Positions 1 to 7,758 of a stretch of 24,943 nucleotides of DNA are shown in pieces. Numbering within the stretch: the first letter of the stretch is position 1; each line of letters begins with the position of its first letter. The stretch is from NCBI GenBank assembly GCA_034722575.1, contig JAYEOD010000061.1, positions 1-24,943 on the forward strand, in the 5' to 3' direction. Made by a program: the position numbers and the translations under genes. Source of the stretch: Bacteroidota bacterium (GTDB taxonomy: Bacteria; Bacteroidota; Bacteroidia; Bacteroidales; JAIPAH01). The notes below the pieces were generated by a model. That model was not told the DNA's origin. It saw only the letters and a list, made by a program, of their open reading frames with translations, and did no database searches.

Positions 1-2
1 TG

Positions 3-1871
3 CGTAATGCTTTGCGTTATTTTCCTGTAAGTTTTCATAAAGAGTTAGCTTCGGAATTTGCAGAGGAGCTGAAAAAGTATGGCCGAATTTACATGCATCG
101 TTTTCGTCCTGATTATGATATGTATGCTCGCCCTATCGATTGGTATCCGGGTAAATGCGACCAGGCAAAGTCTATTATGGTGATGATTCAGAATAATCTT
201 GACCCAAAAGTAGCTCAGCATCCACACGAATTGATTACTTACGGTGGTAATGGTGCTGTATTTCAAAATTGGGCTCAATATCGTCTTACAATGAAGTATC
301 TTGCCGAGATGACTGATGAGCAAACTATTACTATGTACTCAGGTCATCCAATGGGGATTTTTCCATCGCATAAAAATGCTCCGCGTGTTGTTGTTACTAA
401 TGGTATGATGGTTTCAAACTATTCGAAACCCGACGACTACGAAAAATTTAATGCGATGGGTGTTACACAGTACGGACAAATGACAGCCGGTTCGTTTATG
501 TATATCGGCCCTCAAGGAATTGTTCATGGTACAACCATTACTTTATTAAATGCATGTAGAAAAATTTCTGAAAATGGTGAAGGTACTGAAGGGCGACTAT
601 TTGTTACTTCGGGTTTAGGAGGGATGAGTGGAGCACAGCCTAAAGCAGGTAATATTGCAGGTGTGGTTTCTGTTTGTGCTGAAATTAATCCTAATGCCGC
701 ATATAAGCGTCTTGAACAAGGATGGGTTGATGAGGTGATTGAGGATGTGGATAAATTAATAGATGCCGCATTAGAGTCGCAGAAGAAAAAAGAGGCTCGC
801 TCATATGCTTTCTTAGGTAATATTGTTGATTTGTGGGAACGTCTTGATAAGAGAGGTGTTAAGGTTGACTTGGGTTCTGATCAAACATCATTACATATTC
901 CATGGTCGGGAGGATATTATCCTGTTGATGTTAGCTTTGAAGAAGCAAATAAATTAATGGTTGAAAATCCTGCGAAATTTAAAGAGTTGGTTCAGGAATC
1001 GTTGCGCCGTCAGGTGAGAGCGGTTAATTCATTAGCAGAAAAAGGAATGTATTTCTTTGATTATGGTAATGCGTTTTTATTAGAGTCGTCGAGAGCCGGT
1101 GCTGATATTATGGCAGAAGATGGTGAGTTATTCCGATACTCTTCGTATGTTCAGGATATTATGGGCCCTATGTGTTTCGATTATGGATTTGGTCCTTTCC
1201 GTTGGGTTTGTACTTCGGGTAATCCAAAAGATTTAGAAACTACAGATAGAATTGCTACTGAGGTATTATCTAAAATTAAAGCTGTATCGCCAAAAGAGAT
1301 TCAACAACAGATGGATGATAATATTCGTTGGATTAAGGGTGCTCAGGAAAATAAACTTGTAGTGGGTTCTCAGGCTAGAATTCTTTATGCCGATGCAGAG
1401 GGTAGAATAGAAATTGCGGCTGCTTTTAATGAAGCTATTAAGAGTGGAGAGATTTCTGCTCCTGTTGTTTTAGGAAGAGACCATCACGATGTATCGGGAA
1501 CCGATTCTCCATACCGCGAGACTTCAAATATTTATGACGGATCGCAATTTACTGCTGATATGGCTATTCAAAATGTTATTGGTGATGGTTTCCGCGGAGC
1601 TACGTGGGTCTCTATTCATAATGGCGGTGGCGTTGGTTGGGGAGAAGTAACCAATGGTGGTTTTGGTATGGTGTTAGATGGTAGTAAAGAGTCTGATGAT
1701 CGTTTAAGAATGATGTTGCACTGGGATGTGAATAATGGTATTGCCCGAAGAAGCTGGGCGCGTAACGAAGGAGCTATTTTTTCTATTAAACGCGAAATGG
1801 AAAAAACTCCCGAATTAAAAGCTACTGTTCCATTTATTGTGGATGATAATATTATTGATAGCGAATTTTAA
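3..1871 (+). CDS. hutU: Urocanate hydratase (urocanase), long Bacteroidota/eukaryote-like form; 5' end outside the window
   Basis: The frame is open from base 3 (RNALRYFP), so TTG at 12 is not the real start. Urocanase motifs: HPHELITYGGNG, GQMTAGS, GPQGIVHGT, GLGGMSGAQP, SDQTSLH, GRDHHD, HNGGGVGWG. Confidence 0.96.
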   Translation, partial: RNALRYFPVSFHKELASEFAEELKKYGRIYMHRFRPDYDMYARPIDWYPGKCDQAKSIMVMIQNNLDPKVAQHPHELITYGGNGAVFQNWAQYRLTMKYLAEMTDEQTITMYSGHPMGIFPSHKNAPRVVVTNGMMVSNYSKPDDYEKFNAMGVTQYGQMTAGSFMYIGPQGIVHGTTITLLNACRKISENGEGTEGRLFVTSGLGGMSGAQPKAGNIAGVVSVCAEINPNAAYKRLEQGWVDEVIEDVDKLIDAALESQKKKEARSYAFLGNIVDLWERLDKRGVKVDLGSDQTSLHIPWSGGYYPVDVSFEEANKLMVENPAKFKELVQESLRRQVRAVNSLAEKGMYFFDYGNAFLLESSRAGADIMAEDGELFRYSSYVQDIMGPMCFDYGFGPFRWVCTSGNPKDLETTDRIATEVLSKIKAVSPKEIQQQMDDNIRWIKGAQENKLVVGSQARILYADAEGRIEIAAAFNEAIKSGEISAPVVLGRDHHDVSGTDSPYRETSNIYDGSQFTADMAIQNVIGDGFRGATWVSIHNGGGVGWGEVTNGGFGMVLDGSKESDDRLRMMLHWDVNNGIARRSWARNEGAIFSIKREMEKTPELKATVPFIVDDNIIDSEF

Positions 1872-1888
1872 TATCAGTAATTTAAAAT

Positions 1889-1926
1889 AAAAAAAAGAGG
1901 CTTCCGTTTTGGAAGCCTCTTTTTTT
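1889..1926. terminator. Bidirectional intrinsic terminator between convergent hutU and the Omp28-like gene
   Basis: A8, stem GAGGCTTCC (1897-1905), loop GTTTT, stem GGAAGCCTC (1911-1919), T7. Confidence 0.92.
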
Positions 1927-1954
1927 GTTTCAATATTTTGATGTGTATTTGGTA

Positions 1955-3619
1955 TTATTCAACAATTAAGCGTTGTAATAATTCGTTTCCATTAATATTT
2001 ATCTTGATAAAGAATAAACCGCTATTGTAATTTCCGGTGTTAAGCATAATAGCATGATTTCCGGTAGATAATTCGCCTTGATTATATTCAGAAATTTTTC
2101 TTCCATATACATCGAAAACAGTAACTGCTACATTAGCCGATTCAGCTAAATTTATATTTAAAGTAGCCTCTTCTTTAGCAGGATTTGGGAAAATGTTTAT
2201 TGTAGTTGTTGAAGCAATATTATCAATTCCTGTACCGGAATGTGTAAAGAATTGTGTCTCTTCGCGACCACCAAAGTCACTATTGTTTTCAGCGATTATA
2301 TTTTCCTGACTGTCTTTCAGTTGATAAACACCAACGCCATTACTAAAACCATCGTCTCCTGAGTCGTACATTATAAACGAATAACAATTTTCAGGATCTA
2401 AAGGAAGTTCAACTTGCATCTCTACAAATGTATTAGCATCTTCATAAGGTCCGCCTGAATACATAACATCGCCATCTGAATTTGTTAGTTCCCACGATAA
2501 CTCTTCCGGATTCCCGTCAGTACGAACTATAAGAACCATTGTAGCTGTTGTGATGTCTGCATCAGTAAAAGTAGTTGATGCAGTATTGTTTGTTGGGAAT
2601 TCATCATCAACACCATTAGGAGCACTTATTTCAATGGCAACTGTGTTTTCTTCGCCGGTTTCAAATTCTACTTCTTCAAGAGTAACATCTTCTGATTCCA
2701 GTAAAGCAAGGCTGCCTGTCCAGCTATATGTACTAGATACATTGTTAACAGAATAGTCGATAACAAGTGAAGTTAACTCTTCTTGACCGTAATTTTGAAT
2801 TGTAACTACAGGAGTCATACTTCCAGTACAATTTGTAACAGGAACATTTTTGATATCTGCTATAGAAGCGTCAATATTAAGTCCTTCAAATGTATTTAAG
2901 GCAATCTTTTTTCCTTGCAGAATCTCTTTAGTAGAGTTGTCTTGTAGAAAAATTATTATCTCACAATTCTCATAATTCCAATTCTCTTCCAAGTCAAAAC
3001 CGAAATTCACAGTAATAGTTTCATTATCTGTAAAATCAACATCTGTTCCATATTGATTGGGAATCATTAATCTTTCAACATGACTTAATTCAGTTTCACC
3101 CATCCATGATTCTGGGATATGAGATTCTGTTAATACAGCGTGCATTTTAATATTTGAAGCGTCTGAATCAGCTACTTTTGTTAAAGTAGTTTCAATTTCG
3201 TAATGAACAAACCCTGCGCTAGTACCAGTTGTTGTAATAGAATATGAACAAGGGATATTTTTTCTTAGATTATATTTTGTATTATATGTTCCGTATAAAG
3301 AACCACCACCTACAACTTTTTCCACACCATCAAATATTGATGTAGGGAATCCAGTGATGTTATAATAACTAATTCTAGAAGCACCTGCTGTGTTATCGTA
3401 TTCATCACCACTTCCGCTATGATAAGCGATAGGGGCTAGATCAGCTCCGTTTTCTAGTAATTGATGAATAGCATCTGCCGCATCAGGGCAGTATCCGCAC
3501 CATGTGCCAGTTCCTTCTTCAAGGATAACCATCTCTCTTTCTACTTGTTGGGCATTTACTGTTGTTAATGATAATGCAAAAATGAGTAGAGAAAATGTTA
3601 GTAAGTTTTTAATTTTCAT
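1955..3619 (-). CDS. Omp28-related thioredoxin-fold protein with T9SS type A C-terminal sorting domain
   Basis: Signal peptide MKIKNLLTFSLLIFALSLTTVNA-Q; Omp28-like start (ILEEGTGTWCGYCP, CxxC; ITGFPTSIFDG; HVERLMIP); Ig/CARDB-like segment (PVVTIQNYG...FPTNN); WEL...CYSFIMYDSGDDG module; T9SS-type tail (IFPNPAKE...VFDVYGRKI...SGLFFIKI...RLIVE). Confidence 0.82.
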   Translation of the reverse strand: MKIKNLLTFSLLIFALSLTTVNAQQVEREMVILEEGTGTWCGYCPDAADAIHQLLENGADLAPIAYHSGSGDEYDNTAGASRISYYNITGFPTSIFDGVEKVVGGGSLYGTYNTKYNLRKNIPCSYSITTTGTSAGFVHYEIETTLTKVADSDASNIKMHAVLTESHIPESWMGETELSHVERLMIPNQYGTDVDFTDNETITVNFGFDLEENWNYENCEIIIFLQDNSTKEILQGKKIALNTFEGLNIDASIADIKNVPVTNCTGSMTPVVTIQNYGQEELTSLVIDYSVNNVSSTYSWTGSLALLESEDVTLEEVEFETGEENTVAIEISAPNGVDDEFPTNNTASTTFTDADITTATMVLIVRTDGNPEELSWELTNSDGDVMYSGGPYEDANTFVEMQVELPLDPENCYSFIMYDSGDDGFSNGVGVYQLKDSQENIIAENNSDFGGREETQFFTHSGTGIDNIASTTTINIFPNPAKEEATLNINLAESANVAVTVFDVYGRKISEYNQGELSTGNHAIMLNTGNYNSGLFFIKININGNELLQRLIVE

Positions 3620-3713
3620 AATTAGATTTTTTTATTAATAGTTTCGGTATTGTATTTATGACACCGGTATGTTATTTATGGTTGCCAGTAGAAATAAAAA
3701 AAATCTAATTATG
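3617..3713. repeat. Perfect 17-bp inverted repeat enclosing a 63-bp segment; one arm contains the Omp28-like start codon
   Basis: CATAATTAGATTTTTTT (3617-3633) is the exact reverse complement of AAAAAAATCTAATTATG (3697-3713). Pairing extends 3 bp inward with a 1-nt bulge. Confidence 0.93.
3645..3680. repeat. Two 16-bp direct repeats at a 20-bp period
   Basis: CGGTATTGTATTTATG (3645-3660) and CGGTATGTTATTTATG (3665-3680), 14/16 identical. Confidence 0.85.
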
Positions 3714-3731
3714 TTGGGATAGATAATTGAA

Positions 3732-3765
3732 AGCCTGCCAATAAAGAGTTTTTTATTGGCAGGCT
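3732..3765 (-). terminator. 14-bp hairpin downstream of metK; probable terminator or stabiliser with a weak U-tract
   Basis: AGCCTGCCAATAAA (3732-3745) pairs with TTTATTGGCAGGCT (3752-3765), 24 nt after the metK stop. Only TT follows on the minus strand. Confidence 0.65.
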
Positions 3766-3789
3766 AAGTGTGGTATTGGTATTATAAGA

Positions 3790-5034
3790 TTACTCTAAAG
3801 AGAATAGTTTTTTAATTTCATCTACTTTATCAAGTTTTTCCCAGGCGAAAAGATCTACAGTCTTTTCTACGCCTTGTATTATAACTTTTTTAGTAACATA
3901 ATCTCTTCCCATATGTCCGTGAGCAGCAGTTTCGCTAAAGATAGGATTTTTTAATCCGAATTTTTTAATTATATCTGCCGGACGTAGATGGAAAATAGTG
4001 TCTATTTTTTCAGATATCTTGCCATCAGTAAAATCAACATTTGATTTACCGTATGTGTTAACATATAATCCAACCGGCTCTGCAACTCCAATGGCGTATG
4101 CAACTTGAACTAAAATCTCGTCTGCAACACCGGCTGCTACCATATTTTTTGCAATATGTCGTGCGGCGTATGCTGCGGAGCGATCTACTTTCGATGAGTC
4201 TTTTCCTGAAAAAGCTCCACCACCATGAGCGCCTTTTCCACCATAAGTATCAACAATAATTTTTCTTCCTGTAAGTCCGGTGTCGCCATGAGGACCGCCA
4301 ATAATAAATTTTCCTGTCGGATTTACCAGCAGTTTGCAGTCGTCTCCAAACAAATCTCTTTGCGATTTTGGTAGTCTGTTTAATACTCTTTGTAATAAGA
4401 TGTTTTTTACATCTTCTTTTATCTTAGCTAACATCTTTTCATCATCACTATCAAAAGGATCGTGTTGTGTAGAGAGAACAATAGTATCGATTCTTAATGG
4501 GTTGTCATTATCGTCATACTCTATCGTTATTTGCGATTTTGCATCCGGACGAAGGTATGTCATCTCTTTGCCCTCGTTGCGAAGAGCAGAATGTTCTTGC
4601 ATAAACATATGGGCTAAAACAATAGGAAGTGGCATAAAATCTTCGGTTTCGTTGTTAGCATAGCCAAACATCATTCCTTGATCGCCGGCTCCTTGTTCTT
4701 CTTCGTTGTTTCTTTCAACGCCTTGGTTGATATCTGAAGATTGTTCGTGAAGGGTGGACATTACGCCACATGATTCTGAGTCGAAACGATAATCACTTTT
4801 TGTGTAACCTATTTTCTTAATTACTCTTCTTGCTACTTCTTGAACATCAACGTAAGCATTTGTTTTTATCTCTCCACTGAGAAAAACTAATCCTGTTGTA
4901 ACTAATGTCTCAACAGCTACTTTCGATTCAGGGTCTTGTTTTAGAAATTCATCTAATAAGGCATCTGAAATTTGATCCGATATCTTATCAGGGTGTCCTT
5001 CAGAAACAGATTCTGATGTAAAATAATATGACAT
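3790..5034 (-). CDS. metK: S-adenosylmethionine synthetase
   Basis: FTSESVSEGHPDK, GAGDQGMMFGYA, GGPHGDTGLTGRKIIVDTYGG, GGGAFSGKDSSKVDRS; 414 aa. Confidence 0.99.
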   Translation of the reverse strand: MSYYFTSESVSEGHPDKISDQISDALLDEFLKQDPESKVAVETLVTTGLVFLSGEIKTNAYVDVQEVARRVIKKIGYTKSDYRFDSESCGVMSTLHEQSSDINQGVERNNEEEQGAGDQGMMFGYANNETEDFMPLPIVLAHMFMQEHSALRNEGKEMTYLRPDAKSQITIEYDDNDNPLRIDTIVLSTQHDPFDSDDEKMLAKIKEDVKNILLQRVLNRLPKSQRDLFGDDCKLLVNPTGKFIIGGPHGDTGLTGRKIIVDTYGGKGAHGGGAFSGKDSSKVDRSAAYAARHIAKNMVAAGVADEILVQVAYAIGVAEPVGLYVNTYGKSNVDFTDGKISEKIDTIFHLRPADIIKKFGLKNPIFSETAAHGHMGRDYVTKKVIIQGVEKTVDLFAWEKLDKVDEIKKLFSLE

Positions 5035-5094
5035 GTGTATTTTTTTATGTAAAACGTATTGTGGAAAGGAGATTGAATATAGCTGGAAGAATTC

Positions 5095-5146
5095 TTTTTT
5101 TTAGCATTTTTTCCAGTGGTTGCAATCAATCAAATTTATCCACTTC
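5095..5146 (-). promoter_or_regulatory. SAM-II-type riboswitch aptamer (SAM-II / SAM-II long-loop family) in the metK leader
   Basis: Minus strand reads GAAGUGGAUAAAUUUGAUUGAUUGCAACCACUGGAAAAAAUGCUAAAAAAAA. P1 is AGUGG/CCACU, the loop has UUU and AUUGCAA, and the pseudoknot is UUGC with GC(U)AA followed by an A-tail, matching the SAM-II core. It lies upstream of metK and directly after a -7 promoter box. Confidence 0.85.
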
Positions 5147-5152
5147 AAGACA

Positions 5153-5160
5153 CAAAAGTA
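5153..5160 (-). promoter_or_regulatory. Bacteroidota sigma-A -7 element of the metK promoter
   Basis: TACTTTTG matches TAnnTTTG and sits 6 nt before the aptamer. No TTTG -33 element was found at the usual spacing. Confidence 0.7.
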
Positions 5161-5301
5161 TAAAAAAAAATAAGGAGAGGATTTTTTTTTGATATTTTTT
5201 TTAAAATTATAAGTAGCTATAAAGAAGCGATATTTAGTGCTTGAAACAGTGGTGTTTGTATAATAATACACATATGCCTATTTAAAGTCTGTCTATAAAC
5301 A

Positions 5302-6204
5302 CTATTTAGTAAGACGTTGAAATACCTGTTCTAAAGTGTTTGTCTCTTTATTCAGACTGATAATAGTGAGGTTTTTGTCTATAGCATATTTGAATAATTC
5401 GGGACGGATATCTTTTTTTGTTGACGATTCAACAATCCATTTTGTTGAACTGATTTTTTTTGTGTGTAAAAGGCCTTCTATATTTGGTTTAAGCTCATTA
5501 AGAGGGGTGTCGAATTCAACTGTGATTATGTTTTTTTCTCCAAAAATTTTTGAGATGTTGCCGGTGGCATCATCTGCTACTACAGCTCCTTTTTTTATAA
5601 TAATAACCCTGCTGCACATTGCTTCAACTTCTTGCATGATGTGTGTGGAAAGAAGTACTGTTTTTTCTTTACCAATTGTGCGTATTAAATTTCTGATATC
5701 GCTTAATTGATTTGGGTCGAGCCCGGATGTTGGTTCGTCGAGGATTAATACTTTTGGATCGTGGATTAATGCCTGAGCAATGCCAACACGCTGTTTATAT
5801 CCTTTAGAAAGAAATCGAATTTTTTTATTTTGTTCTATAGTAAGTCCTGTAAGTTCTATAATTTCTTGAATGCGTTTTTTAGGATTTTCAATGTTATGAA
5901 TACCTGCAACAAAAAATAAGTACTCCTTAATATACATATCGGGGTAAAGAGGGTTGTTTTCGGGTAGATAACCTATTTGTTTACGAATATCAATAGAATT
6001 GTCGATAATATCCATGCCATTAACAGAAACAGAACCTTTAGACGGAGGGATAAAACAAGTGATAATTTTCATTAATGTAGATTTACCGGCTCCGTTAGGG
6101 CCTAATAAACCAACCACTTCGTTAGAGTTAATCTCTAAATTGATATTATTTAATGCTTTTTGTTGTCCGTAATATTTTGATAGGTTGTTAATTTTTATCG
6201 ACAT
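5302..6204 (-). CDS. gldA: ABC transporter ATP-binding protein, GldA-like (gliding motility/T9SS-associated)
   Basis: Walker A GPNGAGKST, GYLPENNPLYPDM, signature LSKGYKQRVG, Walker B LILDEPTSGLDPNQ, LSTHIMQEV, C-terminal LEQVFQRLTK. Length (300 aa) and termini resemble F. johnsoniae GldA as recalled. Confidence 0.75.
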   Translation of the reverse strand: MSIKINNLSKYYGQQKALNNINLEINSNEVVGLLGPNGAGKSTLMKIITCFIPPSKGSVSVNGMDIIDNSIDIRKQIGYLPENNPLYPDMYIKEYLFFVAGIHNIENPKKRIQEIIELTGLTIEQNKKIRFLSKGYKQRVGIAQALIHDPKVLILDEPTSGLDPNQLSDIRNLIRTIGKEKTVLLSTHIMQEVEAMCSRVIIIKKGAVVADDATGNISKIFGEKNIITVEFDTPLNELKPNIEGLLHTKKISSTKWIVESSTKKDIRPELFKYAIDKNLTIISLNKETNTLEQVFQRLTK

Positions 6205-6230
6205 AGTGTGTTTTTTTATCTTTTCGGATG

Positions 6231-6263
6231 CGAAATTAGTGATTTATTAAATAGATTAACAAA
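6231..6263 (-). promoter_or_regulatory. Putative sigma-A promoter for gldA
   Basis: TTTG (6263-6260), 21 nt, then TAATTTCG-CA (6238-6231), one mismatch from TAnnTTTG, 26 nt before the ATG. Confidence 0.55.
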
Positions 6264-6434
6264 AGAAATGTTGTTGGTGAAAAAAATCCACATCACGAAA
6301 AGTAAAAAGAAACAAATAATAGACCTCTGAAAATTTCGTCATCTATTTAATGGCCAATTTGAGTGTTGAATATTAATATCAATTGAACATCAAAATACCC
6401 GATAAATCCTTCATTTTTTCCGGTTTTACCGCAC

Positions 6435-6476
6435 TTCAAATTTGAATCGTAGCTGTTACTATGCTTAAAATTTGAA
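6435..6476. repeat. Pair of near-identical 12-bp palindromes 30 bp apart (candidate operator)
   Basis: TTCAAATTTGAA (6435-6446, perfect) and TTAAAATTTGAA (6465-6476, one mismatch), both preceded by C. Confidence 0.6.
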
Positions 6477-6705
6477 GGTTGTAAAACAGAAAAATATCTT
6501 GAATTTATGTCGACCATTTTGAAATTAAATTGGTGTAAGTGGTTAGTTGAAGTTTCGTGTTTTTATTAATTTATTGATTGCTACTGTTTTATCGCGGTTT
6601 TTTGCCTTTGAAATTTTTTGCACAGTGTTTAAAATTGAGGTTTTTTTAAACAAGCCTTTGAGGAGTGTAGAAATTATTTTTTTATAAAATATTTTGCGCC
6701 AAAGA

Positions 6706-6736
6706 TTTAAGCGTGTTTATAAATATTATATATTTG
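6706..6736 (+). promoter_or_regulatory. Distal promoter P1 of the rplM operon
   Basis: TTTA (6706-6709), 19 nt, then TATATTTG-CA (6729-6736). Confidence 0.6.
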
Positions 6737-6811
6737 CACCTCGGTTTTAAAGGTAGAGTTCTACAACTGGTGTTTTTGGATTTATGATATTTATCGAATT
6801 TTATAGGTAAA

Positions 6812-6843
6812 TTTGTGAATTTCAAATAAGAACGCTATCTTTG
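6812..6843 (+). promoter_or_regulatory. Proximal consensus sigma-A promoter P2 of the rplM operon
   Basis: TTTG (6812-6815), 20 nt, then TATCTTTG-CA (6836-6843): a full match to the Bacteroides -33/-7 consensus. Confidence 0.85.
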
Positions 6844-6886
6844 CACCCCATTTTATATAGGTGGAATAAGAAACGAAATATTAGAA

Positions 6887-7339
6887 ATGGATATTAGTTA
6901 CAAAACAGTTAGCGCAAACGACAAAACTGTCAATAAAGAATGGTTGCTTATTGATGCAACAGATGCTCATGTAGGGCGTTTAGCGGCGAAAGTGGCTTAC
7001 TTATTGAGAGGAAAACACAAGCCTGAGTTTACACCACACGTAGATTGTGGCGACAACATTGTGATAATCAATGCTGAGAAGGTTGTGTTTACGGGAAACA
7101 AAATGACAGATAAAGAGTATGTTACTTTTTCAGGATATCCTGGAGGACAAAAGAAAATTACTCCTATAAATGTTTTAGAGAAATTCCCAGAGAGAATCAT
7201 CGAACATGCTGTAAGAGGTATGCTTCCAAAGAATCGCTTAGGAAGAAAGGTTTTCAAAAACATGAAAGTATATGCTGGAGAAGCGCACCAGCAAGAGGCT
7301 CAAAAGCCAAAATTAATTAGTTTAAACGAAATTAAATAA
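6887..7339 (+). CDS. rplM: 50S ribosomal protein L13
   Basis: KEWLLIDA, GRLAAKVAYLLRGKHKPEFTPHVDCGD, VRGMLPKNRLG. Confidence 0.99.
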   Translation: MDISYKTVSANDKTVNKEWLLIDATDAHVGRLAAKVAYLLRGKHKPEFTPHVDCGDNIVIINAEKVVFTGNKMTDKEYVTFSGYPGGQKKITPINVLEKFPERIIEHAVRGMLPKNRLGRKVFKNMKVYAGEAHQQEAQKPKLISLNEIK

Positions 7340-7344
7340 GAAAA

Positions 7345-7731
7345 ATGGAAGTAATAAACGCTGTCGGCAGAAGAAAGACTGCTATCGCACGAGTTTATTT
7401 AACTCCTGGAAGTGGGAAAGTTACTATTAACAAAAAGTCTTTTGAAGACTATTTTCCTATTGAAGGTGATCGAAAGCTTATTTTAAAACCATTTGTGCTT
7501 ACTGAAACAGAAGGTAAGTATGACTTAGTAGTTCGTCTTAATGGCGGTGGTACAACTGGTCAAGCAGATGCTATGAAATTAGGTATCGCAAGAGCGTTAA
7601 ATGAAGTAGATGGAGAGTTTCGTCCGGTATTAAAAGAGAATGGTTTTCTTAGACGTGATGCCCGTATGGTTGAACGTAAGAAACCTGGTCAAAAAGGTGC
7701 ACGTAAAAAATTCCAATTCAGCAAGCGTTAA
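7345..7731 (+). CDS. rpsI: 30S ribosomal protein S9
   Basis: GRRKTAIARV, GGGTTGQA, RDARMVERKKPGQKGARKKFQFSKR. Confidence 0.99.
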   Translation: MEVINAVGRRKTAIARVYLTPGSGKVTINKKSFEDYFPIEGDRKLILKPFVLTETEGKYDLVVRLNGGGTTGQADAMKLGIARALNEVDGEFRPVLKENGFLRRDARMVERKKPGQKGARKKFQFSKR

Positions 7732-7758
7732 TTTCATGTTTTTTCAATATATTGAAAA

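Noticed and set aside
5162-5190. A9T...AT9 inverted run between gldA and the metK promoter
   Set aside because: A/T-only stem with no GC core; not a credible terminator.
6268-6330. 20-codon ORF MLLVKKIHITKSKKKQIIDL in the gldA-rplM spacer
   Set aside because: No promoter or homology support; expected by chance in AT-rich DNA.
6737-6863. CACC...GGTG pairing after both rplM promoters
   Set aside because: Only 4 bp, and CACC probably lies upstream of the transcription start.
6205-6886. Long AT-rich spacer as a possible oriC
   Set aside because: No cluster of DnaA boxes (only poor matches such as AAATCCACA) and no typical origin-flanking genes.
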